A DNA stretch of 64,000 nt from Candidatus Velesiimonas alkalicola. Its GTDB lineage: Bacteria > Omnitrophota > Gorgyraeia > Velesiimonadales > Velesiimonadaceae. The stretch covers positions 26,875 to 90,874 of the forward strand of contig NDHX01000005.1 of assembly GCA_013626165.1 (NCBI GenBank), read 5' to 3'. The translations under genes and the position numbers were made by a program. The notes beneath the pieces are model-generated. The model saw only the letters and a program-made list of their open reading frames with translations, was not told the origin of the DNA and did not search any database. This document shows, piece after piece, positions 40,795 through 50,902 of the stretch; within the stretch, counting starts at the first letter, position 1, and every line of letters starts with the position of its first letter.

Positions 40795-42810
40795 ATGGAA
40801 ATAAAACCATATGCAATAGTTGCAATCCCTCTACCATTGCGAGGATTGTATCATTATAAAATCAAAGATGAGGACATGGGCAGAGACCTTACAGGTTACA
40901 GGGTTAAGGTCACATTCGGACATAAAAAAAAGATTGGTTTTGTTGTTGGGATGGATATATCCTGTAATATTCCGGAACAAAAGGTTCTTCAGATTGAAAA
41001 GGTTCTGGATAACAAAAAGGTGCTAGATGATAATGTCCTGCAACTTGCAGAATGGATTTCCCAAAACTATTTCTGTTCTATCGGCGAAGCACTTTTATCC
41101 TGTGTTCCTTCCTGGACTATACTTCCTGAAAGAAAAGTAAAAACTCGCAAGACTAAAAAAGAAGAATGGAACCCCATAGCAACATCTGTTCAGTTAAATG
41201 AAGAGCAGTATGCTGCTTTTAAATCTATAACAGACAGCATAGGAAAATCATATACCGAGTTTTTACTTTATGGTGTAACAGGAAGCGGTAAGACAGAAGT
41301 GGCAATGCGTTCTGTCGGATTTGCTCTTGAAAATGGATTTTCAAGTATAATCCTTGTTCCCGAAATTTCACTTACCCCTCAGATGGTCGGATGGTTCAGG
41401 TCAAGGTTTGAAAGAAATGTTGCAGTCTTGCACAGTCATCTTACCTGTGCAGAAAGAAGATTAGAATGGGAAAGGATAGTCAAAGGAGATGCAAAAATAG
41501 TTGTAGGGGCCCGTTCTGCAATATTTGCTCCTGTCCAAAATCTTAAGGTTATTATAGTTGATGAAGAACAGGAAAATTCTTATAAACAGGATGATATACC
41601 GAGGTATAATGCCAGAGATGTTGCAAGACGCAGAGCAATACAGCACGGTGCTGTTCTTATTCTATGTAGTGCCACCCCTTCACTTGAAACATTTTATAGG
41701 GCATCCCAGGGTCAAATCCATCATCTGACACTTTCACACAGGGTTGAATCAAGACCGCTACCTGCAATTGATATTGTTGATATGAAGAAAGAGATTGTAA
41801 AAGGAAACAGAAGCCCTGTACTGTCAGATTATTTAATATTAAGAATGGAAGAAACTCTTGACAAACGCCAGCAGGTAGTTCTTTTTTTAAACAGAAGAGG
41901 CCATTCAACATATCTTTTTTGCAGGAAGTGCGGATGTGTAATAAAATGCAAAAGATGTAATGTATCTTTGATTTTTCATAGCACAGAAAAAAAACTTATA
42001 TGCCATTATTGTAATTTTAATATGAAAGCGCCAAGAATTTGTCCTGAGTGCAAAATGGATTATCTACAATTTCAGGGGGTCGGCACGCAAAGAGTTGAAA
42101 AAGAGGTTGCCAGGGTTTTTCAAGATATAAGAGTTGAAAGGATGGACACTGATATAACAAAGACAAAAGGAATACATTCAAGGATATTGGGTGAATTTGC
42201 AAAATGTAATATTGATGTTTTGATAGGAACACAGATGATAGCAAAAGGACTTGATTTTCCGAATGTAACTCTTGTCGGTATAATATCTGCTGACACGGCA
42301 CTAAACTTTGCAGACTTTCGGTCATCTGAAAAAACATTTCATCTTCTTACACAGGTCTCAGGCCGTGCCGGAAGGGGTATTATACCCGGAAGGGTTGTTA
42401 TACAGACATATCATCCACAGCACTATGTAATACGCGATATAAAAATACATTCTTATAAAGATTTTTATAGCAGGGAAATAGAAAGCAGAAAAGAACTTTT
42501 CCTGCCTCCTTTTTCAAAACTTCTTCAGATTATATCAAAAGCGAATAAAGAGCAGAAAGCAAAAGATGCGGCTGATACAGTCTGTTATGAACTCCAGACA
42601 TTTTTAAGAAAGACAGGTGCATCCGTTGTAGGACCTGCTCCTATGCCTTTATCTTTTTTGAAAAGCAAATACAGATGGACTGTTACAGTAAGGATTCCAG
42701 AAGAATTGTGGGAAAGTGCAAAAACCGGTATATGGGAATGTATAAAAAGATGTGAACATTCAACAAAGATGCGCTTTTTTATAGATGTAGATCCTGTAAG
42801 TGTATTGTGA
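40795..42810 (+). CDS. priA: Primosomal protein N'
   Basis: GVTGSGKTE, DEEQE, LNRRG, four CxxC, QVSGRAGR. Confidence 0.96.
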   Translation: MEIKPYAIVAIPLPLRGLYHYKIKDEDMGRDLTGYRVKVTFGHKKKIGFVVGMDISCNIPEQKVLQIEKVLDNKKVLDDNVLQLAEWISQNYFCSIGEALLSCVPSWTILPERKVKTRKTKKEEWNPIATSVQLNEEQYAAFKSITDSIGKSYTEFLLYGVTGSGKTEVAMRSVGFALENGFSSIILVPEISLTPQMVGWFRSRFERNVAVLHSHLTCAERRLEWERIVKGDAKIVVGARSAIFAPVQNLKVIIVDEEQENSYKQDDIPRYNARDVARRRAIQHGAVLILCSATPSLETFYRASQGQIHHLTLSHRVESRPLPAIDIVDMKKEIVKGNRSPVLSDYLILRMEETLDKRQQVVLFLNRRGHSTYLFCRKCGCVIKCKRCNVSLIFHSTEKKLICHYCNFNMKAPRICPECKMDYLQFQGVGTQRVEKEVARVFQDIRVERMDTDITKTKGIHSRILGEFAKCNIDVLIGTQMIAKGLDFPNVTLVGIISADTALNFADFRSSEKTFHLLTQVSGRAGRGIIPGRVVIQTYHPQHYVIRDIKIHSYKDFYSREIESRKELFLPPFSKLLQIISKANKEQKAKDAADTVCYELQTFLRKTGASVVGPAPMPLSFLKSKYRWTVTVRIPEELWESAKTGIWECIKRCEHSTKMRFFIDVDPVSVL

Positions 42811-42855
42811 GCCTGTTGCACAGCTCCATTTCTACTCTGGCAAATTACGAAATGC

Positions 42856-42957
42856 GGTCAACCAATTTATATTGAAAGATTAAGTGAATCTGCTACAATA
42901 ATGCTTATGGCAGTACAGAAAACTATAAAAAACGAATTCGTATATTAATTGTTAGAC
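42856..42957 (+). other. attC/attI-like recombination site 1
   Basis: GGTCAACCAATTTATATTGAA pairs imperfectly with TTCGTATATTAATTGTTAGAC; core GTTAGAC at 42951. Confidence 0.5.
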
Positions 42958-42971
42958 ACACGAGAAAGATT

Positions 42972-43226
42972 ATGAATAAAAGTAAACTGCTACAAAAGCT
43001 ACTTTCCGGTTCAAAAAATATCAGATTTTCAGAGGCAGTAGCGGGTGCTAAGATGTTTGGATTTCGGTTGGACCGTATCAACAGCAGCCATCATATTTTT
43101 GTACATCCCGACGTGCCAGAATTGGTAAATCTCCAAGATGTTAAAGGAAAAGCAAAGTCATACCAGGTGAAACAATTATTGCAGATTGTTGAACGATATA
43201 ATCTTCAAATGGAGGATGAAGCATGA
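42972..43226 (+). CDS. hicA: HicA family toxin
   Basis: FGF...R..SSHHIFVHP...NLQ...KAK.YQVKQ. Confidence 0.85.
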   Translation: MNKSKLLQKLLSGSKNIRFSEAVAGAKMFGFRLDRINSSHHIFVHPDVPELVNLQDVKGKAKSYQVKQLLQIVERYNLQMEDEA

Positions 43227-43441
43227 AAGATTACCATGTCAATGTATTTTACAGTGACGAAGACGAGGGGTACATTGCAGATATACCCGACTTAAAACAT
43301 TGCTCCGCTTTTGGCAAAACGCCAGAAGAGGCACTGGAAGAGGTATTGAAAGCAAAAGAAGCATGGCTTGAGGCAGCACGTACTAATGGAAAACCGATAC
43401 CAATCCCTCATTTTCGACCATTGATCTATCAAGTTGTGTGA
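43223..43441 (+). CDS. hicB: HicB family antitoxin
   Basis: YIADIPDL..CSAFGKTPEEAL...GKPIP. Confidence 0.9.
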   Translation: MKDYHVNVFYSDEDEGYIADIPDLKHCSAFGKTPEEALEEVLKAKEAWLEAARTNGKPIPIPHFRPLIYQVV

Positions 43442-43449
43442 ACAAATGT

Positions 43450-43520
43450 GTCTAACAAGGCGCTGCACCTGACCCTCAAACGCAGTAGCGTTTTCGGGCA
43501 GGTGAGATCTATCATTAGAA
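43450..43520 (+). other. attC site
   Basis: GTCTAAC-AAGGCGCTGCACCTGAC...GCAGGTGAG..CATTAGAA with inner palindrome; right core degenerate (ATTAGAA). Confidence 0.75.
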
Positions 43521-43537
43521 CCGCAAGAAGGACAAAA

Positions 43538-43723
43538 ATGAAGATGATATATTGGAAAGGGAAAAAGTTTTGGGTTGGCAAACTTCTCGAACATCCGGAG
43601 ATAATGACTCAGGGCAAGACTCTTAAGGAATTGGAAGAAAACTTAAGGGACGCCTATCTGCTTATGGCAATGGACGAAGTCCCTAAAGAACACCAAATCA
43701 AAGAACTTGCCCTTACCGTATGA
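43538..43723 (+). CDS. hicB: HicB family antitoxin
   Basis: WVGKLLEHPEIMTQGKTLKELEENLRDA. Confidence 0.8.
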   Translation: MKMIYWKGKKFWVGKLLEHPEIMTQGKTLKELEENLRDAYLLMAMDEVPKEHQIKELALTV

Positions 43724-43893
43724 GACTGAAAGAACTCATCAAAAAGATAGGTGAAGCAGGATGCGTTTTTGTCAGACACGGAAGAAATCATGATCTTTAC
43801 GTGAATCCCAAAACCGGCAAAAGACAACCTGTACCAAGACACAATGAAATTGACGACTATCTTGCCAAGCATATAATCAAACTGTTGACATAA
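43720..43893 (+). CDS. hicA: HicA family toxin (57 aa, not in ORF track)
   Basis: MRLKELIKKIGEAGCVFVRHGRNHDLYVNPKTGKRQPVPRHNEI...; ATGA overlap with hicB. Confidence 0.88.
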   Translation: MRLKELIKKIGEAGCVFVRHGRNHDLYVNPKTGKRQPVPRHNEIDDYLAKHIIKLLT

Positions 43894-44006
43894 CTTATAC
43901 ACTTCATTGACTATTTTTAGTAGGCGTGCTATCTTGAGATATAATAACGTTTAAGTTCGGCCGTTGAGAAGAAAGATTTAATATGAAAAAACGTATACAG
44001 TTTCAG
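43888..44006 (+). other. Degenerate attC-like site 3
   Basis: ACATAAC overlapping the hicA stop; AACTTATAC..TTCAT pairs with ATGAA..GTATACAGTT. Confidence 0.35.
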
Positions 44007-44026
44007 GGCACACTTATATTCTTATG

Positions 44027-44077
44027 TGTTGACTAACGATACATTAAGTTGTATACTTAATGTATCGTTAGTCAACA
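44027..44077. repeat. Perfect 23-bp inverted repeat with 5-nt loop
   Basis: TGTTGACTAACGATACATTAAGT-TGTAT-ACTTAATGTATCGTTAGTCAACA. Confidence 0.95.
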
Positions 44078-44292
44078 TTTATGAAGTTTAGAATCTGCTC
44101 TTCTATTTCTTCTGGCACTCTATTGGGCATCCTGGGAGCTCTTCTTGTCCTTGATCTTAAACCTTCATCTCCTTCTTTATCTCTTCTCTTCTTCCACTTA
44201 TAGAACCACTTTCTGCTCACTCCATATCTTTTGCAGAGGGAGGTTATTGGTTCCCGGTTTTTATCTGCCTCTTCGAATATCCTCATTCTCAT
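44068..44292 (-). pseudogene. IS481-like transposase N-terminal HTH fragment
   Basis: LCKRYGVSRKWFYKWKKR...GL..R.RR..PNR; ends at the palindrome. Confidence 0.75.
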
Positions 44293-44460
44293 TCTATAAA
44301 GACACTCTCTTTCTCCTATACCCGAACCTCCTTTTTGTTGGTATTCTACTGGAGGTTCTGGTAGGCGTCAAAGAAATCTTTTTCATTGTTTTCCTGCCCA
44401 AAATTTTGCTTATTTAAGAGCAAATTTTGGGCAGGTAAAACAAAGATTTGTTACCACCAC

Positions 44461-45152
44461 TTGAAGATAGTACAATTAAAATACAATAACGATACCATAA
44501 CAAGCGGAAATACCGTCCGGGCACTTATAAACCTTTCTATACCCATGCTTATAAACGCCGTATTGCAGAATATACAAACCCTCATAGACCTTTTTTGGGT
44601 AGGGAAATTAGGAAGTATTGCAATTGCATCCGTTGCGACAAGCGGAACAATCCTTATGATTTTATTTCCCATTGTTGTGGGAATATCATCGGGGACAATT
44701 GCCATTGTTTCAAGATACATCGGTTCAAAAAATTATGATTTTGCAAACCATGTTGTGGGTCAATCGTTATTCCTTTTATCATAGCCGTATTTAACAAAGA
44801 AACAGATGTTATACAAATAGGTTCCGATTATTTAAGGATAGTCCCCCTATCCTATGTGTTCACGGCGCTTGGCGTTGTTCTTGGAAGGGCTTTACAGGGT
44901 GCGGGCGATACACTTGCAACAATGGTTATTACGGTTTTTTCACTCTGGGGGCTACAGATACCCCTTGCATTCTTTTTTTCCAAAATATGGGGGACAAACG
45001 GAATATGGTGGTCAATTGTCCTTACAACAGTCGTGAACGGAATTATTACGGTAATATGGTTTGAAAGGGGAGAATGGAAGAAGAAAAAAGGTTATTTCCT
45101 GTCAAAAAATGGATTTTTACCGCTTACACTTAAAGGAATTCCAAGCGCCTGA
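44461..45152 (+). pseudogene. MATE efflux transporter with large internal deletion
   Basis: N-terminal LSIPM..DLFWVGKLG joined near 44780, out of frame, to C-terminal LQGAGDT...GIWW...GEWK. Confidence 0.85.
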
Positions 45153-45643
45153 ACAACCTTACCTGATGGTGAAGTCTCTGAGGTTTTTTCAAAAAGTCCC
45201 AGGTCAAGTGCGGCTCTTCCTATTGAAAACATAATTCTGTTGTCTACATTGAACTTGTTTGCAATTATTGCAGAAGAAGAAGTCGCCAGCCCAAGGTCAA
45301 TTGAATTATATGCACAGACACCCTTTGTCTTTTTTAGTTCCTCACAGGTCGGATATCCGCAGTATCCACAGTTTAGTCCCGCAGGATTTGCTTTCACACC
45401 TATTACAACAATAGCAGGAACAGACTGAATAGAATTAGCGTCTCTTTCAAAAGAAGGTCTGTGTTCACTCTTTGAGATCTGTCTCATTTTTTCTACAATC
45501 TTACTTCTTGTCTGTTCATCGTCTATGAGTATGGTTTCTATATTGTCCAACCCCTTTGTTTTTGGTGCCGTCCTTGCGGAGCATAAAATAAATCCTGCGA
45601 TATCTAATACAGAATCTTTCTCAACCTGTTTTCCTGTTTTCAT
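45092..45643 (-). CDS. DUF2148 ferredoxin-like protein
   Basis: ARTAPK..G.D.I, NCGYCGYPTC, DNRIM, GKNPFFDR. Confidence 0.85.
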   Translation of the reverse strand: MKTGKQVEKDSVLDIAGFILCSARTAPKTKGLDNIETILIDDEQTRSKIVEKMRQISKSEHRPSFERDANSIQSVPAIVVIGVKANPAGLNCGYCGYPTCEELKKTKGVCAYNSIDLGLATSSSAIIANKFNVDNRIMFSIGRAALDLGLFEKTSETSPSGKVVQALGIPLSVSGKNPFFDRK

Positions 45644-45660
45644 TTTTTTCTTTATTATCT

Positions 45661-46407
45661 TTAAGGACAGATATGGAAAAAAAATCTTAAAAGAAACATC
45701 ACCAAAATGCCGAGCACAAAAAACAGCATGGCTGTGTTAGTTCTTTTTGTATCTTTTTGTTTATAAATTTCTGGTATAAGGTCGCAGATTGCAATATATA
45801 AAAATCCTCCACCTGCAAATGGCAGGAGAAAGAATGAAAATGCTTGGATGTGAGATGATAGATAAAATCCTAATATTGTGCCAAGCACTGAGGTTAGTGC
45901 CGAAAGAAAATTATAGAAAAGAGCCTTAAATTTACCGAATCCACCATATACAAGAACTCCAAAGTCTCCTATTTCCTGCGGAATTTCATGCATAATGATA
46001 GAAACAGTTGCTGGAATGCCTATATAAGGCCCTATTCTAAAACCTGTTCCTATTATAACACCGTCTATAAAATTGTGCACAGCATCACCGAGCAGGTTAA
46101 GGTATCTAAATATATGAACATCACACTGCCCGCGGTGGCAGTGTCTCCAGAAAAGATATTTTTCAATGACAAAGAAAAGAAGAAAACCGAAAAGTGTAAT
46201 AACAAAAACCTTAAATAAATTCAGATTTTTAATTGCTTCTGGAAGCAGATGAAAGAAAGCCCCACCTATAAGTCCTCCTGCTGAAAGGCCAACCAGAGAT
46301 ATAAGAATTCTTTCTAAGAGTTCTTTTTTAAAAATCAAAGTACAGATCCCAACCAGTGAGATTATACTTACCAACAGACTTGCAAGTATTGCGTAAATAA
46401 AATCCAT
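45661..46407 (-). CDS. ZIP family metal transporter
   Basis: HLLPEA, WRHCH, HNFIDG, HEIPQEIGDF. Confidence 0.93.
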   Translation of the reverse strand: MDFIYAILASLLVSIISLVGICTLIFKKELLERILISLVGLSAGGLIGGAFFHLLPEAIKNLNLFKVFVITLFGFLLFFVIEKYLFWRHCHRGQCDVHIFRYLNLLGDAVHNFIDGVIIGTGFRIGPYIGIPATVSIIMHEIPQEIGDFGVLVYGGFGKFKALFYNFLSALTSVLGTILGFYLSSHIQAFSFFLLPFAGGGFLYIAICDLIPEIYKQKDTKRTNTAMLFFVLGILVMFLLRFFFHICP

Positions 46408-46545
46408 AGGTTTTATTCTAAATAAAAAAATAAATTTATCAAGAAGTTTTTAATGCAGGCGTAATTTGACAAAAAACTATGATTTGATAACATATTTAAT
46501 AGTTCACCTGTCGAGCTTGGCAGGTAAGCAGGTAGGAAGGAGGCT

Positions 46546-47703
46546 ATGAAAAGAATTGTATATCTTGATAATAATGCAACAACACCTGTAGATCCACTGG
46601 TGCTTGAGGCAATGCTTCCCTATTATAAACAGGAATACGGCAACGCATCAGGTATATACTCAAAAGGACAATCTGCAAAAATTGCAATTGAAAAGGCAAG
46701 AACCGTTATAGGTGAAGCACTTGGAACAGAACCGGTTGATATAATATTTGTTTCAGGGGGTACAGAGGCTGATAATTTTGCAATAAAAGGTGTTGCATAC
46801 TCATACCAGAATAAGGGCAGACATATCATTACAACAAAGGTTGAACATTCTGCAGTATTGAAAACCTGTCAGTATCTTGAAAAGAACGGTTTTTCCGTAA
46901 CATATTTAGATGTTGATAAAACCGGGTTGGTCAGTCCTGAAGATGTAAAAAATGCAATAACCGACAGGACAATACTTGCAACAGTTATGCATTCTAATAA
47001 TGAGGTAGGGACAGTCCAGCCAATACAGGCAATAGCAGATATCTGCAAAGAAAAAGGTGTCCTATTCCATACAGATGCTGTTCAGAGTTTCGGTAAAATC
47101 CCCCTAGATGTTGAAAAAATGGGCGTGGACTTGCTTTCTCTTTCTGCCCATAAGATTTATGGGCCCAAAGGAATAGGTATCCTGTATGTAAGAAAAAAAG
47201 TAGACCTTATACCGATGATGCATGGGGGCCCACATGAAAGAAAATTAAGGGCTGGAACAGAAAATGTGCCCTTAATAGTTGGTTTTGGTAAAGCAGTTGA
47301 GATTGCAGTGAAGAATATGAGCGAAGAACCCGACAGGATAAGAAATTTAAGGGATATGCTACATCAGGGACTTTTGTCCAGTCTTACACATCTTCACTTG
47401 AATGGACATCCCACGCAAAGACTCCCGGGTGTTTTAAATATTGGATTTGAATATGTGGAAGGCGAATCTATAATACTTAATTTTGATATGAAAGGGATTT
47501 GTGCATCAACAGGGAGTGCCTGCACATCAGGTTCACTGGAGCCTTCCCATGTGTTAACGGCAATGGGCGTTGACCCTGTTATATCCCAGGGTTCTGTAAG
47601 ATTTTCTGTCGGCAGAATGAACACAGAAAAAGATATCAAATACTGTATTAAGGTAATCCCGCCGATAATAAAAAGATTAAGAGAAATGTCTCCTCTTTCA
47701 TAA
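46546..47703 (+). CDS. iscS: Cysteine desulfurase (NifS/IscS)
   Basis: YLDNNATT, HTDAVQ, SAHK, STGSACTS. Confidence 0.93.
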   Translation: MKRIVYLDNNATTPVDPLVLEAMLPYYKQEYGNASGIYSKGQSAKIAIEKARTVIGEALGTEPVDIIFVSGGTEADNFAIKGVAYSYQNKGRHIITTKVEHSAVLKTCQYLEKNGFSVTYLDVDKTGLVSPEDVKNAITDRTILATVMHSNNEVGTVQPIQAIADICKEKGVLFHTDAVQSFGKIPLDVEKMGVDLLSLSAHKIYGPKGIGILYVRKKVDLIPMMHGGPHERKLRAGTENVPLIVGFGKAVEIAVKNMSEEPDRIRNLRDMLHQGLLSSLTHLHLNGHPTQRLPGVLNIGFEYVEGESIILNFDMKGICASTGSACTSGSLEPSHVLTAMGVDPVISQGSVRFSVGRMNTEKDIKYCIKVIPPIIKRLREMSPLS

Positions 47704-47732
47704 AAAATAGGTGACAGGTAAAAGCCGTCGCC

Positions 47733-47805
47733 CGTATTTCGTATTTCGTCGTCCATATTCCGTATATCGTATTCCATAAAAAACAGACGACGGGATACGA
47801 AATAC
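47733..47805. repeat. Heptamer (CGTATTY) palindromic repeat; related copy at 32948-32976
   Basis: 47753-47781 vs 32948-32976 match at 26/29 positions. Confidence 0.65.
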
Positions 47806-47828
47806 CAGTGCTCTGGTGATATGGTAAT

Positions 47829-49211
47829 ATGTGGATAGATACTCACTGTCATTTGGATTTTAAAAATTTCAACAAGGACAGGGATGGTGTTCTTGAAAAA
47901 GCTTTTTCTTGTGGTGTAAAGAAAGTTATAAATCCGGCAGCATCAATCCAATCCAGCAGGAATGCTATTGATATATCTGCAAGATATAAAAATGTGTTTG
48001 CAGCCATAGGCATCCATCCAATAGATGCAGATGAATGGACGCCCCTGAATTTTAAGATTATTAAAGATCTTGCAAAATCTGAAAAAGTTATTGCAATAGG
48101 TGAAACAGGTCTTGATTATTACAGAACCGAGACAAAAAAGGGGAAACAAATAAAAAGTTTTAACGCACACATTGAGATTGCTGGACACCTTGACCTTCCG
48201 TTAATAATCCACATAAGAGATGCATTTGAGGATGCAATATCTATACTATCCCGCAGGGCAGAATCTGGCGCAAAAAATAAAGTAAAAGGGGTTGTCCATT
48301 GTTTTTCAGGAAATATAAAACAGGCAGAATCTATTCTTGATTTAGGACTTTATATATCGTTTACCGGAAATATAACATATCCCAAAGCAAAACATTTAAG
48401 AGAGGTTGTTTCTTATGTTCCAATAGAAAAAATGATGGTAGAAACCGATGCCCCTTTTCTTGCTCCGCAAGGTATCCGAGGAAAAAGAAATGAACCCTGC
48501 TATGTTATAGAGGTTGGAAAGGTTCTTACAGAGATCAAGAAATTATCCCTGCAGGATGTTGAAAGAATCACAAGTTTGAATGCAATACAGTTGTTCAGTA
48601 TAGGAGAAGAAAAATCAAAACAAAACATTGCATATCCAATAAGAGATTCATTGTATCTTAATATAACAAACAGATGCACAAATGTTTGTTCATTTTGTAT
48701 AAGGGCAAAAACCGATTTTATAAAAGGACATTTTTTAAGACTTGAAACTGAACCCGCAATAGAACAGATTATAGATGCTATAGCGGATGCAAAATCATAT
48801 AAAGAGGTTGTATTCTGTGGATATGGGGAACCAACGCTAAGACTTGATATTGTTGTAAGGGTTGCAGAAAGATTAAAAAAGATGGGTGTTCCTGTCCGAC
48901 TGAATACCAATGGGCATGGCAGCCTTATTGCCGGGAAGGATATAGTGCCTGAGATTGCAGGCAGGGTTGACAAGGTAAGCATAAGCCTTGATGCTCACGA
49001 TTCTATCACATACAATAAAATATGCAAACCTGTCTGGGGCGAAAAAACATTTGATGCAATACTTGAGTTTGCAAAAAGGTGCCTTGAACTTAATATAGAT
49101 GTAGAACTAACAGTCGTTAGAATTCCAACAGTGGATGTTGAAAAATGCAAAGAAATTGCTCACCAATTAGGGACAGTTTTCAGAGTAAGAGAATACGATG
49201 AAGTGGGATAG
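47829..49211 (+). CDS. TatD nuclease fused to TatD-associated radical SAM domain
   Basis: DTHCH, GETGLD, ETDAP; YLNITNRCTNVCSFC, FCGYGEP. Confidence 0.9.
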   Translation: MWIDTHCHLDFKNFNKDRDGVLEKAFSCGVKKVINPAASIQSSRNAIDISARYKNVFAAIGIHPIDADEWTPLNFKIIKDLAKSEKVIAIGETGLDYYRTETKKGKQIKSFNAHIEIAGHLDLPLIIHIRDAFEDAISILSRRAESGAKNKVKGVVHCFSGNIKQAESILDLGLYISFTGNITYPKAKHLREVVSYVPIEKMMVETDAPFLAPQGIRGKRNEPCYVIEVGKVLTEIKKLSLQDVERITSLNAIQLFSIGEEKSKQNIAYPIRDSLYLNITNRCTNVCSFCIRAKTDFIKGHFLRLETEPAIEQIIDAIADAKSYKEVVFCGYGEPTLRLDIVVRVAERLKKMGVPVRLNTNGHGSLIAGKDIVPEIAGRVDKVSISLDAHDSITYNKICKPVWGEKTFDAILEFAKRCLELNIDVELTVVRIPTVDVEKCKEIAHQLGTVFRVREYDEVG

Positions 49212-50199
49212 AATAAAAAATTTTATTCAAAAACAAAGATTCTGGCTTGTTATTGTTCTGATAGCGGCATCTGTTTTAATCCTGCCTTATGTAGATACAA
49301 ATGTAAATGGTTTTTTTGAAAAAGATAGTTTTGTATTAAATTGGAAAAATTTGACATCCTCACAACTTTTAAGGATTTCAATAGTTTTGGCAGGTGTGTT
49401 TTTAGGAATAATAACAGGCATTATACTGCTTGCAACATATATCGGGGGTTTTCTTATAAAAAAAGATGTGCCTTTAAAATTTCCTGCCTTAAATCTTGAT
49501 ATAAAGTGGAAGGTTTTTGATTCATTTAAGATAATGTCTATCAGTATAATAGGAACGGCGGTTTTAACGGCCCTTTTAAGTAAATCTTCAATTCTAAAAT
49601 CAACCAATACAGAATGGTTTAAGATTGGTCAGTCTTCTATCCTTGCTTGTGTTTTGCTGGTGCTTGTTATTTACTATGTTGTTTTCATATACAGAGAACA
49701 TTATAAGACACTGGGTTTTATAAAACAGGGATTGGCAAAAAAAATCGTTTTTACCGTTCTGGCTTATATTGCGGCTTTGCCCTTGTTTATTGCAGCAGCT
49801 ATCGTTGGTGCAATTATTACAACCTTATTAGGATTTTATGTAGAACCCCATCCTATCAGCATATTTCTTGTTAAAGAAAAAAATTTTTTTGTTATTATAT
49901 ATATATGGATAATTGCAGGAATTATAGCGCCTGTTTCTGAGGAATTGTTTTTTAGAGGATTTTTATATCCTGCTTTAAAAGTAAGAAACGGAAAAGTTTT
50001 AGGTATTTTGTTAAGCGCCTGTTTTTTTTCTATCCTTCACCTGAACATCTCTTCAATATTGCCGATATTTGTTTTAGGAATATTATTTGCCTGGCTTTAT
50101 GAAAACACCGGTTCTATATTTCCCTCAATATTTGCACATTCTCTTCATAACACTGTTACATTGTCTGGAATGCTCCTTATAAAAGATATGGTAATTTAA
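49198..50199 (+). CDS. CPBP (Abi/CAAX) family intramembrane protease
   Basis: EELFFRG, FSILH, H..HN. Confidence 0.88.
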   Translation: MKWDRIKNFIQKQRFWLVIVLIAASVLILPYVDTNVNGFFEKDSFVLNWKNLTSSQLLRISIVLAGVFLGIITGIILLATYIGGFLIKKDVPLKFPALNLDIKWKVFDSFKIMSISIIGTAVLTALLSKSSILKSTNTEWFKIGQSSILACVLLVLVIYYVVFIYREHYKTLGFIKQGLAKKIVFTVLAYIAALPLFIAAAIVGAIITTLLGFYVEPHPISIFLVKEKNFFVIIYIWIIAGIIAPVSEELFFRGFLYPALKVRNGKVLGILLSACFFSILHLNISSILPIFVLGILFAWLYENTGSIFPSIFAHSLHNTVTLSGMLLIKDMVI

Positions 50200-50376
50200 G
50201 AATAGAAATGTCAAATATCAAATATCAAATATTAAATATCATTACACATAAGGTTCTGTGATGTGGAGGTGTCCTGTGTATTATATAGGAGACCTTTTTA
50301 TTAAATCTTTATAATTTAAAATTTATTCAAAATTGGAAATTAAAAATTCCTCACCTCTACTACCTACTATATTTTC

Positions 50377-50468
50377 GGAGGGGTGGCAGAGTGGACGAAT
50401 GCGGCGGTCTCGAAAACCGTTATCCGTCTTAAAACGGATCGGGGGTTCAAATCCCTTCCCCTCCGCCA
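50377..50468 (+). tRNA. tRNA-Ser(CGA)
   Basis: GGAGGGGTGGCAGAGTGG...CT CGA AA, long variable arm, ...CCCTCCGCCA. Confidence 0.95.
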
Positions 50469-50596
50469 AAGAACCCCGAAGGAGAAACTTCGTTTCCCTA
50501 CGGGGCAGGCCTGAAAAAATGCTTGCCCCGTTAAATTTGCGAAGTAAATTTGTTCGGGGTCGGCTCGAACTTTATTTTGGCCAGAAGCGAGCTTTT
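50463..50596 (+). repeat. Module head block copy 1 (with two palindromic inserts)
   Basis: After removing 50474-50509 and 50522-50559 it matches 56031-56090 at 55/60. Confidence 0.85.
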
Positions 50597-50679
50597 CTTT
50601 ATTTTCATTCTAATATCTCTATGCTAACTATAGTATGTAGAACTAAAAATAGCAAGTGTATATAATAGAAGTATCTAAT

Positions 50680-50892
50680 GTGAAACGAGAAATACTATTA
50701 AAGTTTGGTAATAAAGTCCGTGGACGACGGCTTAAATTAGGTTTATCTCAGGAAGAGTTATCTTCTCGTGCCGGCGTTCATAGAACATACATCGGAATGA
50801 TTGAAAGGGCAGAAAAAAATATAACACTCGAGAATATTGAAAAAATCGCTAAGGCACTAGAAATCTCGTTAGACAACCTTATGAAATTTTAA
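50680..50892 (+). CDS. XRE/C-type controller protein
   Basis: FG..VR..R...GLSQEEL...AGVHRTYIG.IER.EKNITL; ACTATAGT palindrome upstream. Confidence 0.88.
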   Translation: MKREILLKFGNKVRGRRLKLGLSQEELSSRAGVHRTYIGMIERAEKNITLENIEKIAKALEISLDNLMKF

Positions 50893-50902
50893 AAATGCTT
50901 TT

